Counted from the first letter of the stretch, positions 12,327-26,206 are shown. The stretch: DNA of 64,000 nucleotides from Octopus vulgaris (GCA_951406725.2 OX597830.1:13640001-13704000); one strand, 5' to 3'. Program-made: numbers and translations. Notes: generated by a model from the sequence alone, not told the origin.

Positions 12327-14721
12327 ATGTTAGAAATATATTTGTCGATGTACTACAGTTAGTGTTGTGTAACATGTTTTTCCGATCTATTTTTTTTTTT
12401 TAGTATATTGCATGCATCAAACGCGACATAAAAATTTAATAGATGCTAGCGTTGTAAGATATAGTGAATTTATACATTCGGAACGAAATGTAGTATTTTT
12501 CGGTCTATCCTCTGAAAATTATAGGCTTAGAATAATCACGATCCAGTTGATGAAGATATGACTGATCCTAATACTGAAACTTATCATAATGAGTCTATCT
12601 ATTTGCTTAATTATATCCAAAGCTCCACGTTTGTAACCTTTAAAGAAGACAGTAATGAAAATGGATTTATGATGATGTACGTGTGAATAAAAAAAATCCC
12701 CATATAGCCCTTGTTACAACAGTATCTGATATTTTTGAAACAATATTGAAGTTGGGCTGCACTTGCATATTCAGGTTTCAAGCTACTGATATTGCAAATT
12801 CAAATTCATCTTGAAAAGTCTTTCCACCAAACGGTAGTAGGCATTTACTTCGTGATGTTCTGCTGATAGCTTGGCATGAGTCATCAATGTGCCACTGTCA
12901 TCTGTTTGAAGCGCTTAATCAATTACTGAAAGATGAGATGAATTCGCCTGACACTTTCCGCAATATAAGAAGCGCAGTGGAATTTCATTATTAATGAATA
13001 TTTGAATGAATCTTTACCTTTAGTCGTAATACTCATATGAGACCTCTAGATTGCCTTCATGCTAAAAATAGCATTTCTACCACTTTCCTTGCAGCAGTAT
13101 ACTAGCAATGTATAATGTATCTTAACAATCGGTTGTTGTAATACTTAGTGAAGACAGAATTCAGTAAATATTGACACCGCTGATTTTCTTCTCACTTTAT
13201 TTTTTTGCGAAGAAAAATCTTAATCAGATATAATACGAATATTTTGAGAATAATTTTTTCAGGTTTCATTTCAACAAAAGCACCATGCTGTTGAATGTGA
13301 TGAAACCCATCGATGTAAACAATGTGTTTCATAGATAGGTATTGTTAATACAGAAGAAAAGAGTGGAGTTGGAAGGCTAAACAGTGAAGTTATTCAAAAA
13401 CTTCCAGGAAGAGTTGACTCTGTTACTCATGACAAACGACAGCTCTCTAACTTCTAAACTTCCTTAATTCTCTTACCATCAGTAGTGTGTCACTTCACAC
13501 TGCGAAATAGAAATAGAAGCTCTGATGACATTGTTAAAACATCTTGACTAGAGAAATGGCCTATGTAAGGGACACGCGCTATAGAGTTTCATCTGTTACA
13601 GACATGCTGATAAACCCAAAGAAATACTCGGAGTTGAGGCAATATGTGCTTTGTAAATTTCCATATCAATCTGCAATCATCTAAAACAGATTTGTTATTT
13701 AATTTGTGAAGATGTCATTTTTCAACGCGACCAGCATTTGTCAATAAACAAAAGACAAAGGTAAAGCTTATGAAAAAATGTAGCTTTTATCTCTATACTC
13801 CAGTGTTCATACAGTTTATTCTGTTGTCCTCAGCAGGTTTTTGGTCAAAGGATATTTGCATATGAACTCCTACACGCTACCAGAGACAGATGATAATAGC
13901 TGGAACAACTTTGATCATTAGTTAACTGTAGAACTAAACAACATCTCCTACAACAACAATGTTATCACTAACATAACGGACATTATCATTAAGAATAACA
14001 TTGTCTTGTGCGATATGAAAAATATAACCCGTTATTATACGAAAATATATTTCCCAGTGATACTAGTGACGTAAATGAAATTTGGATTCCAAAATGTATT
14101 GTTTTAAGGTGATTATAGTTCTCCTTAATTAGAGTACTTCATCAATAGTAGTCTGGGAAGATTTAATAATGGCGTCTAAATTAATTACAGCTGTTACTAA
14201 TTTTCCTTTTCGGAGATATTGTGGATGTCGGCTGGTTTGTTATTGTTGCTGGTCTCTTATTGTAGGTGTTTTCTTCGTGTGATTTTTGTCTACAATTTAT
14301 TTTGTTGCCGTGAATTAAAAAATGGCGGTGCTTTTGTGTAATGTTCAAGTTTAATATTTCTGTGAACAGCTGTCTTCCATATGGTAGGCCTTATTTCATT
14401 CTTACTAGTTTTGCGCAATGGTCGATAAAAAATTCCCCACTAAATGTTAAATCGATGAAAACGAATGAAGAGAAATGTAATTAAAGTTGAAGATGATTTT
14501 TGTCAAGAAAAGTAAAGGGAGTTTTATGTATACCTACCACATCTTTGAATGTCTGACAGACTATATAGGTATTTCAGTTAAAAATACTCACTGGTTAGAT
14601 AATAATATAAGATGATATTGGAAAATTTCTTTGGGACATTTTCTTCAGGAATATCATAGAGTTAAGTGGAGCTAAAAAATTTCCTAAGAAATTCTATTTT
14701 TTCAAACTTTTCGTTCATTAA

Positions 14722-14950
14722 CCTGGTGAGTTCTGCTGCCAGCCCAGGCTATGCTGTTTGTCAAGCAAAGAGGAAAGAAATGTCAAAGTATCGGCTGTTT
14801 TCGGACAGATTTTATGGTCGAACCTGTGGCAGCGGAGACTGCTGGCGTTCTTGGACTCCGGAAGACATCCCTGTTCATTGTCACCGGAGCAGTAGTAGGA
14901 GTTCCGTGAGTCGGAGTAGTTGTTCCAGCGCATCTCCCTCAACGTTTCCC
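14722..14950 (+). mobile_element. CRE-like non-LTR retrotransposon 3' fragment (restriction-like endonuclease C-terminus)
   Basis: AVCQAKRKEMSKYRLFSDRF / VEPVAAETAGVLG / RESE*LFQRISLNV resembles A..AE..K..KY..L...F.P.A.ET.G..G...FLFQRIS. Confidence 0.6.
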
Positions 14951-15090
14951 TCTTTACCAGTCTGTCCGCTGGGAGCATGAGACCGACTGACAATTCCCTT
15001 TAGTTAGAGCTGATGCGTATACATACATACATACATACATACATACATACATACATACATACATACATACATACATACATACACACATAT

Positions 15091-15141
<51 letters not shown>

Positions 15142-15242
15142 CATACACACACACACATATATATATACACACATACAAAAAAATTTCTTTTTAACGAGAT
15201 AAAAAACCAAGGATGTGAAGATTTTAGAACATTTATAAATAG

Positions 15243-15292
15243 AAGGTGTACAGCTGTTTCCAGGATATTTATTATATCCCTTCATCCAAGAC
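15243..15292 (-). ncRNA. Degenerate hammerhead-like motif in a PLE pLTR-like fragment
   Basis: Minus strand: uGGAUGA agggauau-aauaa-auauccug GAAA CAGCUGUA; core positions 3-4 mutated. Confidence 0.5.
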
Positions 15293-15543
15293 GGTGTGAG
15301 AAAATGGTTAAGCAATAGTTAATTTAGATAAGATAATAGAGAGTGAAATGGAGGAATGAAAATAGACGTGAGATATGTATAGATATTACATTTGTATATC
15401 CATTATTTAGGCAGAATGGTATACATGTAAGATTCCAATACCTTGTGAGTAGAATCCAATAGTATCTAAAATTGGTCATTCCAAGTATAAAGTTTGTACA
15501 CAGTGCTATTGAATCAAGGGTTTTATCTAAAGTAAAATCCCTG

Positions 15544-15596
<53 letters not shown>

Positions 15597-16099
15597 ATAT
15601 ATGTATATGTATATTTATCTATTCATATATATGTATGTATATGTATATATATATATGTATATGTATGTATGCATGTATATATATAAATATATATATATAT
15701 ACACGCGTAAATTTCGAACAATGAGAATGAGTAGTCATCATTGCATTGGTAGATAAAATTTCTTTAACATTTGTTCCGTGTTAAGAAACATATCTTAACA
15801 TCTTAATTTTTCTAGGTGTTTTCATCCAAAATGGAGACGAAGACAATTCATCCATGTGATCGGCTTGAAAAATTAGGATATTTTTTCTTTACATGAAACC
15901 AATGGTAGCCTTCTCTTCTTTATTTTTTATTTTTCTTCTCCTTCTGCCTTTTGAATTTTCTTCTGATGCCTTTCGAATTTTTTGAACTTTTATACTCCAT
16001 ACTTTGAGTATAAAATGAGTGCTCATCTCCCCATCTGGACTCTGACCCCTTTTTTTTCTCCATTTTCAATCGTGCACGATTACAAATCCTTTCTCCTCC

Positions 16100-19000
16100 A
16101 CATTCACCACCGCCTAAAGAAACACCTTTCCACACTTCCTTTCCGCTACTTTGAACCCTATATTAATCGTTCCCTACTAATTTTCAAAAAAAACAAAAAA
16201 AAAACAGTTCTCTAGCCACATTTCATTTCTCAGTCGCTGCCTTCACCACCACCTCATTCCCAAATGTATCCGCCTCCATTTCCACCCCACATTCCTTCTG
16301 CTATCCTACCCATACTCCATACTACATCCTACTGCCTTATGCGGGCCACCATTCGTTCCAGTCTCTCCAAAATACACATCCTCGACCGCCTTTTCCCTCT
16401 CGCCTATTCCATCTTTTTGTTCTCTCTTTCACCTTCCTATGCACATTCTACTCTACGCTACATAATCCATTTAAGTCATCTCTTCCACGAATTTCTCGCT
16501 CGCACTAAACAACGTAAGCTCCACTACGTCATTCCGTCACACTCACTGCCCTCCAACCCCTCCCCGATACGCTTCTCCCTCATCCTCACCTCCAGCTCTT
16601 CCGTTATTCCAACCCCACACATACCCCTCCTTTCTCTCCTCCCAGCCTTCCACTAACCCACTACCCCTCATGCATCTAACTCCTCCACCCCTCCTCACTT
16701 CAGTCTCTTGTTACCATTCCTCCTGATCTTCTCCTCTCTGAGGCGGAGCGCTCTCTTCTCGGAAGGGGTCTGCACTTCATCCTCCTCACTCCATCCAGTA
16801 ACGAATTTCAGATCCATTCTGATATTCATAGGTTTGTGCGCCGTATCAGGCTATATGCATTATTCTACAACACTCCACCTGCATCTAACGCAGAGGACTG
16901 CATCACCGACCCGGGCCGCCGACCATCCCACTGGACGCCAGCTCCTGGCCAGTTCCATTTTGCGGGCATCTACCAATGTGTTGTGGACCGGTTTAACTTT
17001 CACAGGCGTCCCCGACATCTGAACATTTCCCCAGCTGAACTCTCGGCCTTTCGATGTCTCGCACGCCACAAAGATATTATCATAAAACCGGCCGACAAGG
17101 GTGGAGCCGTGGTGGTGCGGAGCGCAGACCTCTACAAGGCTGAAGCTTTCCGCCAACTTCAAGACACCTCTTTCTATTGCCCTCTACCCTCCAACCCCAC
17201 GCCTAGCTACCAACAGACTGTGTTCAGCACAATACATGACCTCATTTACTCCACCTGTCTCCCTCCCACCATCTCCAACCTTATTGTCTGCACACATCAC
17301 CGCCCCATCATTTTACTTCCTTCTCAAATTCCACAAGCCCAACAACTCTGGCAGCCCCATCGTACTACCGATAACTGCCCCACGGAACTGATCTTGAAAT
17401 ACATCGAGTGTGTTCTTACCCCTCGTGGCTTCCCATAAATCACACATCCACGACACTAACCATGCTTTTCATCTTTTCAACACTTTCTCTTTCCTTCCTG
17501 GTCCCTCTAAACTTCTCTTCATTCTTGATATAAAGAGTCTATATACGGTGACTCCACGCAACGAAGGACTTCTTGCGAACCTGTTCGTTGGCTACGCTGA
17601 GGCCCAAATACTTTCAACATTCAATGGTCCCACTCCCGAACTATAGGTAGTTATATTGATGACTGTATCAGTGCGAACTCGCTCTCCCGCGAACAACTAG
17701 AGTCCTTCCTCTCTTTTGTCCAATTGTTCCATCCTGCCCTCGTATTCTCCTCCACCATTTCCAACACTTTCCTCACCTTTCTCGACATTTCGTTTAACAC
17801 ACACAACTCCGCTCTCACTACATCCATCCACTACAAACACACCGACTCACATTCATACCTCAACTTCTCCTCCCACCCTATCCACACCAAGCACTCCATT
17901 CCCTACTCCCAATTCCTCCGTCTGCGCAGGTTCTGCAGTGGCAATCATGACTTTGAGACTCAGTCTCAACTCATGGCTCCCCACTTCATCCTTCGTGAAT
18001 ATTCCCTCGCTATTATCCACACCGCCCTTGCCAGAGCACTTCCGTGGGCCGTGCCTCTGCTCTCTCTCTCATTGAACCCACCCTGTCGTTGCCCGCCTCC
18101 CGTTTACCCTCACCTACTACTCCTCCACCTTGCCCTTCCAACATACCATTCTCCGAGCCTTCCGGCGACTCCAGTCCGACCCCTCCAATTCGCACATCTT
18201 CCCCAACCTACCTCTTCCCTCCTTCAAATGAGCCCACAACCTACGTGACGTCCTGGTCTATAGTTTCTTCCCTAACCCCACCTTCCAATCTGGCTCGTTC
18301 CCCTACTCCCGCCCACGCTACCACACTTGCCCCTACCTCTCCAACATCACCATTCTCACAGGCACCCATCATCGTCCCTATCATATCACTGCCTCCTTTA
18401 GCTGCACTTCTAGCAACGCCATTTTCCGCATCGCCTGCTCTTTCTGTCCTTCTCTGTACATCAGTCAACCGGGACACCGCTTGGCTGACCGATTCGCAGA
18501 GCACCTCCCAGACATTAGACTCGACAACGACACCTTGGCTTCTTGCCATTTCCGCTCTACCAGTCATTCATTACAACACCTGTCCGCATTCGCATTGTCT
18601 TTGCACAGGGGCCATCCAGACTCACCTTCGCCTAAAATAGAAATTAATCTTCTCTCTTCGCTCCTTTGCGCCACATGGGCTCAACTCGCCTCTCCTCTTC
18701 ATCTGACTCTCCTCCTCCCCTCTCTCCATCTGACACCTACTTCCTCTCTTCACTCTTACCCACCTCTTCTCTCTTGCTCTGACACCTACTTCCTCTCTTC
18801 ACTCTTACCCACCTCTCCTCTCCTCTCTTGCTCTGACACCTACTTGCTCTCTTCACTCCTACGCACCTTCTCCCGTTATTGACACCCCCTCCATCCACAC
18901 CCCACACATCCCACTTCCACTACCCCACCCTACCACCACATCCTCACACCACCCACACATTACAGACACACACACGCGCACACATCCACATGTCAAAGTC

Positions 19001-19325
19001 ACCAGCTTCTATCCACACGCACACAGTTACTCTCACATACACACACTCACGCGCACCTTCGTTTTGGGATCACTAGTACTTTATTATCTTCCCTTCTTCC
19101 TAGCTCTCCTGTCTAACCACCTTTGTCCAACCTGACGCCATGACTGACCGCTAACTCCAAAAGCGTTTTTATTTTCTCTCTGTTTATTTCATCGTCTTCT
19201 TTTCCGTTGAAAAGCGTAGGCTCAAAACGTAAGAGACACCCTCACATTCCCGAGCGTCAAACTAATACACCTGCTTGTTGTTTGTACACCTGTCTTTATG
19301 TTTTATTTTTCTGTAAATTTCAACT
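16100..19325 (+). mobile_element. Neptune-type Penelope-like retroelement, near full length, pseudogenised (RT plus GIY-YIG endonuclease plus pLTR)
   Basis: N-term SSHISFLSRCLHHHLIPK. RT: IIIKPADKGGAVVV, LKFHKPN, DIKSLYT, LANLFVG, YIDDCI, FLDI, HYKHTDSHSYL, SIPYSQFLRLRRFCS. Cys linker and EN: IACSFCPSLYI..RLADRFAEH..HF..ELIFSLRSFAPHGLN. Frameshifts, and an internal deletion at ~17570 removes the QxxGxxMG motif. Confidence 0.92.
19200..19236 (+). ncRNA. Degenerate minimal hammerhead motif in the Neptune pLTR
   Basis: ccguuga aaagc-guag-gcuc aaaa cgua; better-preserved paralog at 59405-59448. Confidence 0.45.
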
Positions 19326-19747
19326 CTTTCTCCCCCCATGTCTGTCTGTCTCTCTATGTATATATAATGTATATATAATGTATATATAATGTATAACAAA
19401 ATCAGGCAAACAAGTTAGCTGGTACTGCTTACAAAGACAAACATGTGACTATACTTTCGTATCACCTGCTACCTTTTCTTGATTATTATGTCACCTACTT
19501 AAATGTATACTTAAATGGATACAAGAAAACTAGCCAACTCCTCTTCAACTTGAAACTCCACAGATACTTCTGTCATTATTTTCACTTTATCTTTTGTTTC
19601 CGTTGTGATTTTTGCACATACGATTCAAACTCTCTCCTCCTCCTCTCTCTTTGTCTCTGTATCTCTCTCTCTCTCTGTCTCACACACACATAACACGCAC
19701 GCGCACAAACATGGAGATAGATTGATAGATTGATAGACAGACAGAGG

Positions 19748-19783
<36 letters not shown>

Positions 19784-21265
19784 TGATTTCCAGTATGGCG
19801 TACTTCATTTACTGAAATTGTATATTTGGTAATTGCTCTTGAAATCTGAGGGTAAATTTTATATAATTTTAAAGTTAACCCTCTCTAATTTTCCCTCCAT
19901 TCTCCACTCTTAAAGTGGCATATGGAGCAGAACTTCATTTTTTTTTTTGCCCGAGTACTTATTTGAACTTGTGAAGTTGCTGACAGAAACCTCAATTTTA
20001 CATAGCAGAGAATATTCATATAAATGCTTCTGCCAGAACAATTAACTGGAAACTTTTTGTCCCTATCATCATCGAAAATGCGATGTTTTCAGAGGATGAG
20101 TTTACTTAATAGAATTTCTCTTATCAGGATTATAAATTCAAGACTTACAGTTCTATTTTCTAAATTCAATTTTCGTCGATGGTTTTAATGAAAGCAATCA
20201 TTAGGAGATATTACATTAGATAGGTTTGATTAATAGTTGAAGATATTTGAAACAAGGCGGAGATTCCAGCTAAATGTTATAACATTCTTGATGTCAATAG
20301 TCTATTAATTCCCAGCTTTTGAAGTGTTTGGAGTCGTACTAAACTAATTTTGCGAGTGGGAGAGGTGCGAGGTGATTCTGCAAACTGTATAAACAAATTT
20401 GATTTTGTCTATTAAATATTTAGAATTATTTCAGATAACAAAACAAAGCGAAAAATCATACATTAACTGAATTACCTACTGGATACAGTAGAATACGGTT
20501 TCGATTTGTAGTTGCATCTCTTTCAATTCACTTATATATACAAATCCGTTTGTGTGTGTGAGTATCTGTATGTTTAGGATTCTGAAAAGTCAAGCAAATG
20601 GCTGCATTAAATTCACTAGTGTGCGGGATAAATAAACATTCAGTGTTCTGGTTTTTCAAATCCTAACTCTTCTACATGTTAAGCAAATAATTAGAGAGGC
20701 AGAAGATAGAAAATATGGAAATGTCCATAGTTGCGTTATAGAAATGGGATTTTCACGTGTGTGGGTGGGGTAAAATGATCGTTGCAGCAGCCATTTATCT
20801 ACACTAATCATTGCCTGTAGATGTGAAAGAGAAAATAGCAATAAATACGGTGAGGGGTAGGACAGTTGTGCCGAACAACACAACCAAATTTTCGAGTAAT
20901 TTAATTAAATTTTAATAAAAATGACAGAAATATTTTTAAAAATTACACCTCAGCTTATAAGAAAATTGAGAAAAACACACATATATAACGAGAAATCAAA
21001 TAGCAATATAGAAAATGAGTAGATGACATCAAAGAAAATGATGATGATGAGGGGAAGGAGGAGCGTAAGCTAAGAGGGGTGGTGTCGAATAAAATGATGA
21101 AGATGACGATAATGATGGCGATGATTATGAGGAGAATAATAACAAAAGTAATATAGCTGCATTGATAATAAAAACATCAACAATTACAACAGCAACAACA
21201 ACAACAACCATTATAACGATAATGCTTTTTTATTATTATTGCTGTTGTTATTGTTGCTATTGTTG

Positions 21266-21320
<55 letters not shown>

Positions 21321-21782
21321 AAGGAAGGAATAGTGAAAGACTAGTGAGAAGGGGAACGCTGATGCCAACTTAATCAGCCAAAATTAAATCAAAAATGTCG
21401 GCAGTGATGATCAAATAAATAAGGCTGCAAATTTCGCAATTATGTTGAAGAGACAAAAAAAATAATTGAAAAATTAATGTACGTTTTAATATATGTCCTC
21501 CAGCTTTTATCTGCTAAAAGAGACGATAATGTCGATTTGTGGCCCTTTCGATATTTCTCCTTCACATCGTAATCCAGCTATATAATACAAGTCATTACAA
21601 AGAACGCCAAACTATGGTTTTTGTTATATTGCTCAAGACTTTTGAAAACCCAGGAATCCTTGTTATTACGAAATATATAATTTGAGAAGGTTGTTAAAAT
21701 GAAGGAAAAACAAATTTTAATAAGTGTGTTGGGTATATATGTTTTTGTGGCGTGTTTAGTTTTATAAGTATATAAATAACAG

Positions 21783-21820
<38 letters not shown>

Positions 21821-22769
21821 ATATTTATGTATATTCATATATATATATATAATAAACTATATATTATAAATATATATATATATTTATATTATAATACATG
21901 TACATTCATATATATAATATAGATGTGTGCATTCATATATATTATATATATACATATATATATATATTTGTATTATAATATATATTGTATATATAATATA
22001 TGCGTGTATATGCCCATATATATACAATATATGTGTGTGTATAATTATGCATTTATTGCTATGTTTAAACATAATTAGAAGTATATTATATATGTGCAGA
22101 TGTAAAGTTTTATATATATATATATACACACACATATATTTATGTATATATATATGGATGAGACTCATACACACTTTACACACACACATATATGCACTTA
22201 CATGCGTGTTTAGATATATATAAACACACGCACACACAGAAATGAACACATATATGTATATATGCATATACAAATAATTAGATATAAATTCCCATTCACG
22301 CATACCTACACATTACATTTAATATCAATGCTTTCACACACACGTTAAACTTACATTTGTGTGCAATTAAAGAGAAGCTTATATTTACGTAGGCATATAG
22401 TGAATACATATTTACATGCATGCCTGTTTTTCTTTTTTTCTTGCCCATATGCGTATAATAACACAGATATATACGATCACATATTCCCGTTTGAAAATGT
22501 TGTTATTAGAAAAGTATTTTCTCTAATGCAGAACATCTAAAGTAAGTTTATGTACGAAATAATTCATTATGACACATACTTTTTTTAATAGTTACTATAA
22601 AACACGAAGGAAGATAACAACTCCTACTCTTTTTTGTTGAGTGATAGTAATGTCGAGTTAATCTCCATAGAAATATTGCATCCCGAGTTATTTTCTGCAG
22701 AGCAATTGTAATAATTAATTCTGTGGAAGAATTGCAATACTGAATTTGTTGTGTAGTGTTAAAGGGTAA

Positions 22770-23344
22770 AGGAATGACCATGGGATTGCATCCAGAAAGT
22801 TCCCCTTCGAGACACAAATCCGATCAAGGTTGTTTTGTGAAAGACCAACAGTCCCACAGGCATACCTATTTCTTTACTACCCACAAGGGGCTAAACACAG
22901 AGAGGAGAAACAAGGACAGACAAACGAATTAATCCGATTACATCGACCCCAGTGCGTAACTGGTACTTATTTAATCGACCCCGAAAGCATGAAAGGCAAA
23001 GTCGACCTCGGCGGAATTTGAACCCAGAACGTAGTGGCAGACGAAATACCCCTAAGCATTTCGCCCGGTGTGCTAACGTTTCTGCTAGCTGGCCGCCTTT
23101 ATCCCACAGGCATATCGGTCTCCCCTCGCCATTGTTGTTCAATGTTGTTCAAGGGAAAGGCAAAAGGGGCCGATACAACTTGGCACCAGTCACGTCGCAA
23201 CTCGTTTCTACAGCTGAGTGAACTGGAACAACGCGAAATAAAGTGTCTTGTTGAAGAACACAATCGCAGCCCAATCTGGGAATCGAACTCGCTACCTCGT
23301 GATTGTGAGCCCGACGCTCTAACCACTGAGCCATGCGCTTCCAC
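22770..23344 (-). mobile_element. SINE family D (tRNA-derived, CORE-like body) split by a nested family B SINE
   Basis: Head gtggaagcgcatggctcagtggttagagc...gagttcgattccc; both halves match 63449-63740. Confidence 0.85.
22867..23097 (-). mobile_element. SINE family B (ggcggcgagctggcagaa head), full length, 13-bp TSD
   Basis: TSD tcccacaggcata at 22852-22864 and 23102-23114; B-box gggttcaaattcc; core gcctttcat.ctttcggggtcgat. Confidence 0.9.
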
Positions 23345-23738
23345 CAAGAACATCTATATAACCATAATGGTGAAACGAATGTAGGAACTTTAAAATAACA
23401 AGAAGAAACTTTACTCGAGTGCTCCCCCTGTTCTCGTCGTCAGTTGAGTGACATGAAGTATTTTACGTTGGGAATCAAAACTGAGAACTTACAATCGTGA
23501 ATATAGCACCCTAACCACAAGCTCATGCACCTCTAACCACTGAGGTAAGCGCTTCTACTGGGTAGTGTCAAATGCAGTCAATGTAGAGTAATTATGAAAT
23601 ACTGTCCATTTTTGTGCAGTAATGGTAATATTTAGACGTTTCTTTAGGTTTTGTAGTACAATCGAAAAACTATGTTTCTTTAGAGTGTTTATAACTTCCA
23701 GTAGTTACAGAATAATTGTAACAGTTAATAAGGTTTCA

Positions 23739-23915
23739 GGCGGCGAGATGGCAGAATCGTTAGCATGCCAAGCAAAAGGGTTAGCGGCGTTTCGTCCGTC
23801 TTTACGTTCTGAGTTCAAATTCCGCCGAGGTCGACTTTGGCTTTCATCCTTTCGAGATCGCTAAAATAGTAGCAGTTGAGCACTGGGATCGATCTAATCA
23901 ACTTAAATCCTTCCC
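23739..23915 (+). mobile_element. SINE family B
   Basis: ggcggcgagatggcagaatcgttagc...gagttcaaattccgccgaggtcgacttt. Confidence 0.85.
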
Positions 23916-24075
23916 CGCACTTTCTTTTCAAATACCATTTTGAGTGATATTGAGGAATTTGATGGCTATTTCTAGCTTATCAAGTGACCACATACATGGA
24001 CCTTTTACTATCTCGCTTTCCTTCAGTCATTTTAGGCATGACACTTCTTATCTATTCCCTATTACACTGCATATT

Positions 24076-24460
24076 GTGGAGGCGCAATGGCCCAGTGGTT
24101 AGGGCAGCGGACTCGCGGTCGTGGGATCGCGGTTTCGATTCCCAGACCGGGCGTTGTGAGTGTTTATTGAGCGAAAACACCTAAAGCTCCACGAGGCTCC
24201 GGCAGGGGTGGTGGTGATCCCTGCTGTACTCTTTCACCACAACTTTCTCTCACTCTTACTTCCTGTTTCTGTTGTACCTGTATTTCAAAGGGCCGGCCTT
24301 GTCACTCTCTGTGTCACGCTGAATATCCCCGAGAACTACGTTAAGGGTACACGTGTCTATGGAGTGCTCAGCCACTTACACGTTAATTTCACGAGCAGGC
24401 TGTTCCGTTGATCGGATCAACCGGAACCCTCGTCGTCGTAACCGACGGAGTGCTTCCCTC
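24076..24460 (+). mobile_element. SINE family C (tRNA-derived), full length
   Basis: A-box tggcccagtgg, B-box ggtttcgattcc; imperfect TSD acactgcatatt/acactgccaatt; tail gtcgtcgtaaccgacgg. Confidence 0.85.
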
Positions 24461-25007
24461 AACACTGCCAATTATTAGATAGTTTTCACTGCGCCAGTTT
24501 CTCAGATAGCAATTCAATAATATTAGGAGTTTCTAATACTGACACAGGACCATAGATTTCAAGGATGTGGGTGGGTATAGTTCACGAAATCCACCGCAGT
24601 ATATCACTGCTATTTATTTTTTAAAACCCGGATGAAGTGATGGTCAGATTGGTCTTGGCAAGATTTGAGCTCAGGAAGCAATCGGTAGAGACTCCAAGGC
24701 ATCTTGTTATAGTTTCTAACTATTCTCCCGAAATAAGTAGCCTTGAACTTTTTTCCATCAACATCATACATCACTCTTTGTATTTTAAAATATATTTTAG
24801 GTGCCATATTGCTCAATATATATATATATATATACGGTTGTTTGTTGAGACATTTTTTCTGCTTTGTAAGGATAAAACTACCCAATTTTTCTTCTGTTTT
24901 AACGGCGATACTGCTTTCGAAATATTAATTCCTTGTCTGTATCGTACGATACACATTCGATGCTTCTAAAAATACATGTTTGCTTATATACACACGCGAT
25001 TGTTACA

Positions 25008-25056
<49 letters not shown>

Positions 25057-25262
25057 TTCAGACAAATACATAACAAAAACACCAGGACTTACAAACACAT
25101 ATAACATACAGAAAATTGCACTACTAGGCCCTGCACACATCCTACGCAGAACACTTTCCATACAATAACCATCAGAGCATCACAACAAATCACAGCACAT
25201 ACCCAAGGCACACAGAGCTGCGCTCGGTAGTGAAGTGAAAACACGCTATAAAAATAAAACTA

Positions 25263-25266
<4 letters not shown>
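25057..25266 (+). mobile_element. R4/Dong-clade LINE 3' end inserted in (TAA)n
   Basis: DKYITKTPGLTNTYNIQKIALLGPAHILRRTL* (cf. IQK..LLGTAHILR) plus short 3'UTR, flanked by (AAT)n on both sides. Confidence 0.8.
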
Positions 25267-25337
<71 letters not shown>

Positions 25338-25354
25338 TATATATATATGCATAT

Positions 25355-26175
25355 ATGGGTACAGGACGTCACCAACGATGCAAACAACATGAAATACGTA
25401 AACCACGGTAGAAAAAATGGAAAATAGAACAAGTAAAAACAGAGAAAGGAACCTTCATCAGTTGTCTGCTGTCTATCTACTCCTCATTTCTTCCTCCATC
25501 CTTCTCCAATTCTCTTTTTCTCCTCTCCCTCCTTCACCGTTTTCTATCTGTCTCTCTCCTCCTCTTTCTCTTTTTCTCTCTGTTGTTGCTTACACGAAAC
25601 CATCGTCAATCTTTCTTTTTCTGCATGGACGTTCGCAAGACCGGACATTGTTTTCTTCTTTCTCTTCTATCTTTTCTCTTTTAAAAATAAATATTTCTCC
25701 CAGCGTTCACTATTTTCCTCTAATTCTGGTCTAATGACTCTTCATGTTTGTTTTCGTTACCATAGTAATTATAATTAAATTTATGCATTGTCATTTTCAT
25801 CAGTGTGCGGAATTTTTGTAAGAACATCAAAAAGGTTTAATAAAATAAAGTATATTAAAATAAGATACAATAAGGGAGAATACAAACGAGGTGGGTATAT
25901 ATGTGTGTGTGTTGTGTATGTGTATGACTGTATATCCTTATGTGTTAAATGTAAACGTTTTTCTATCACTTGTAATTTTAATAACAATTTTTTCCTTCAT
26001 ATATTCGTTTTTTGTTCCGAATTTTTCTGATTGTCTCCCCTACCCCGGTGTTGTCTGATCGATGTTTTTTCTCGTTAAGTTCTTTTTGGTTTTTCTCAGC
26101 ATGTATGTACATTATTACTTTAATAATGTAACTTTATCAAACATAGTCCGGCCTATGACATTTTAGCCTCGTGTA

Positions 26176-26206
<31 letters not shown>

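Larger units (their letters stand above)
10835..13820 (+). mobile_element. Decayed autonomous Helitron (Rep plus PIF1 helicase pseudogene), interrupted by two SINEs
   Basis: Rep-like NSPKCMARYYENTTAIVDMFGK..FTCNSK*PE (10837-10948; cf. GSPRYM..YQDAMAIV..GKPDLFITFTCNPKWPE). DAC*RYFQFSLQQRHHAVECLP (~11660). Helicase LLRDVLLIAWHESSM (Walker B, ~12845), EALNQLLKD, FLNSLT..LLKHLD*RNGLCKG (13460-13572), LFNL*RCHFSTRPAF..INK (13692-13750). Many stops and frameshifts. Confidence 0.8.

Noticed and set aside
24076-24155. tRNA genes at SINE heads (also 23270-23344, 49914, 63449)
   Set aside because: No proper acceptor stem; they continue into SINE bodies, some with TSDs
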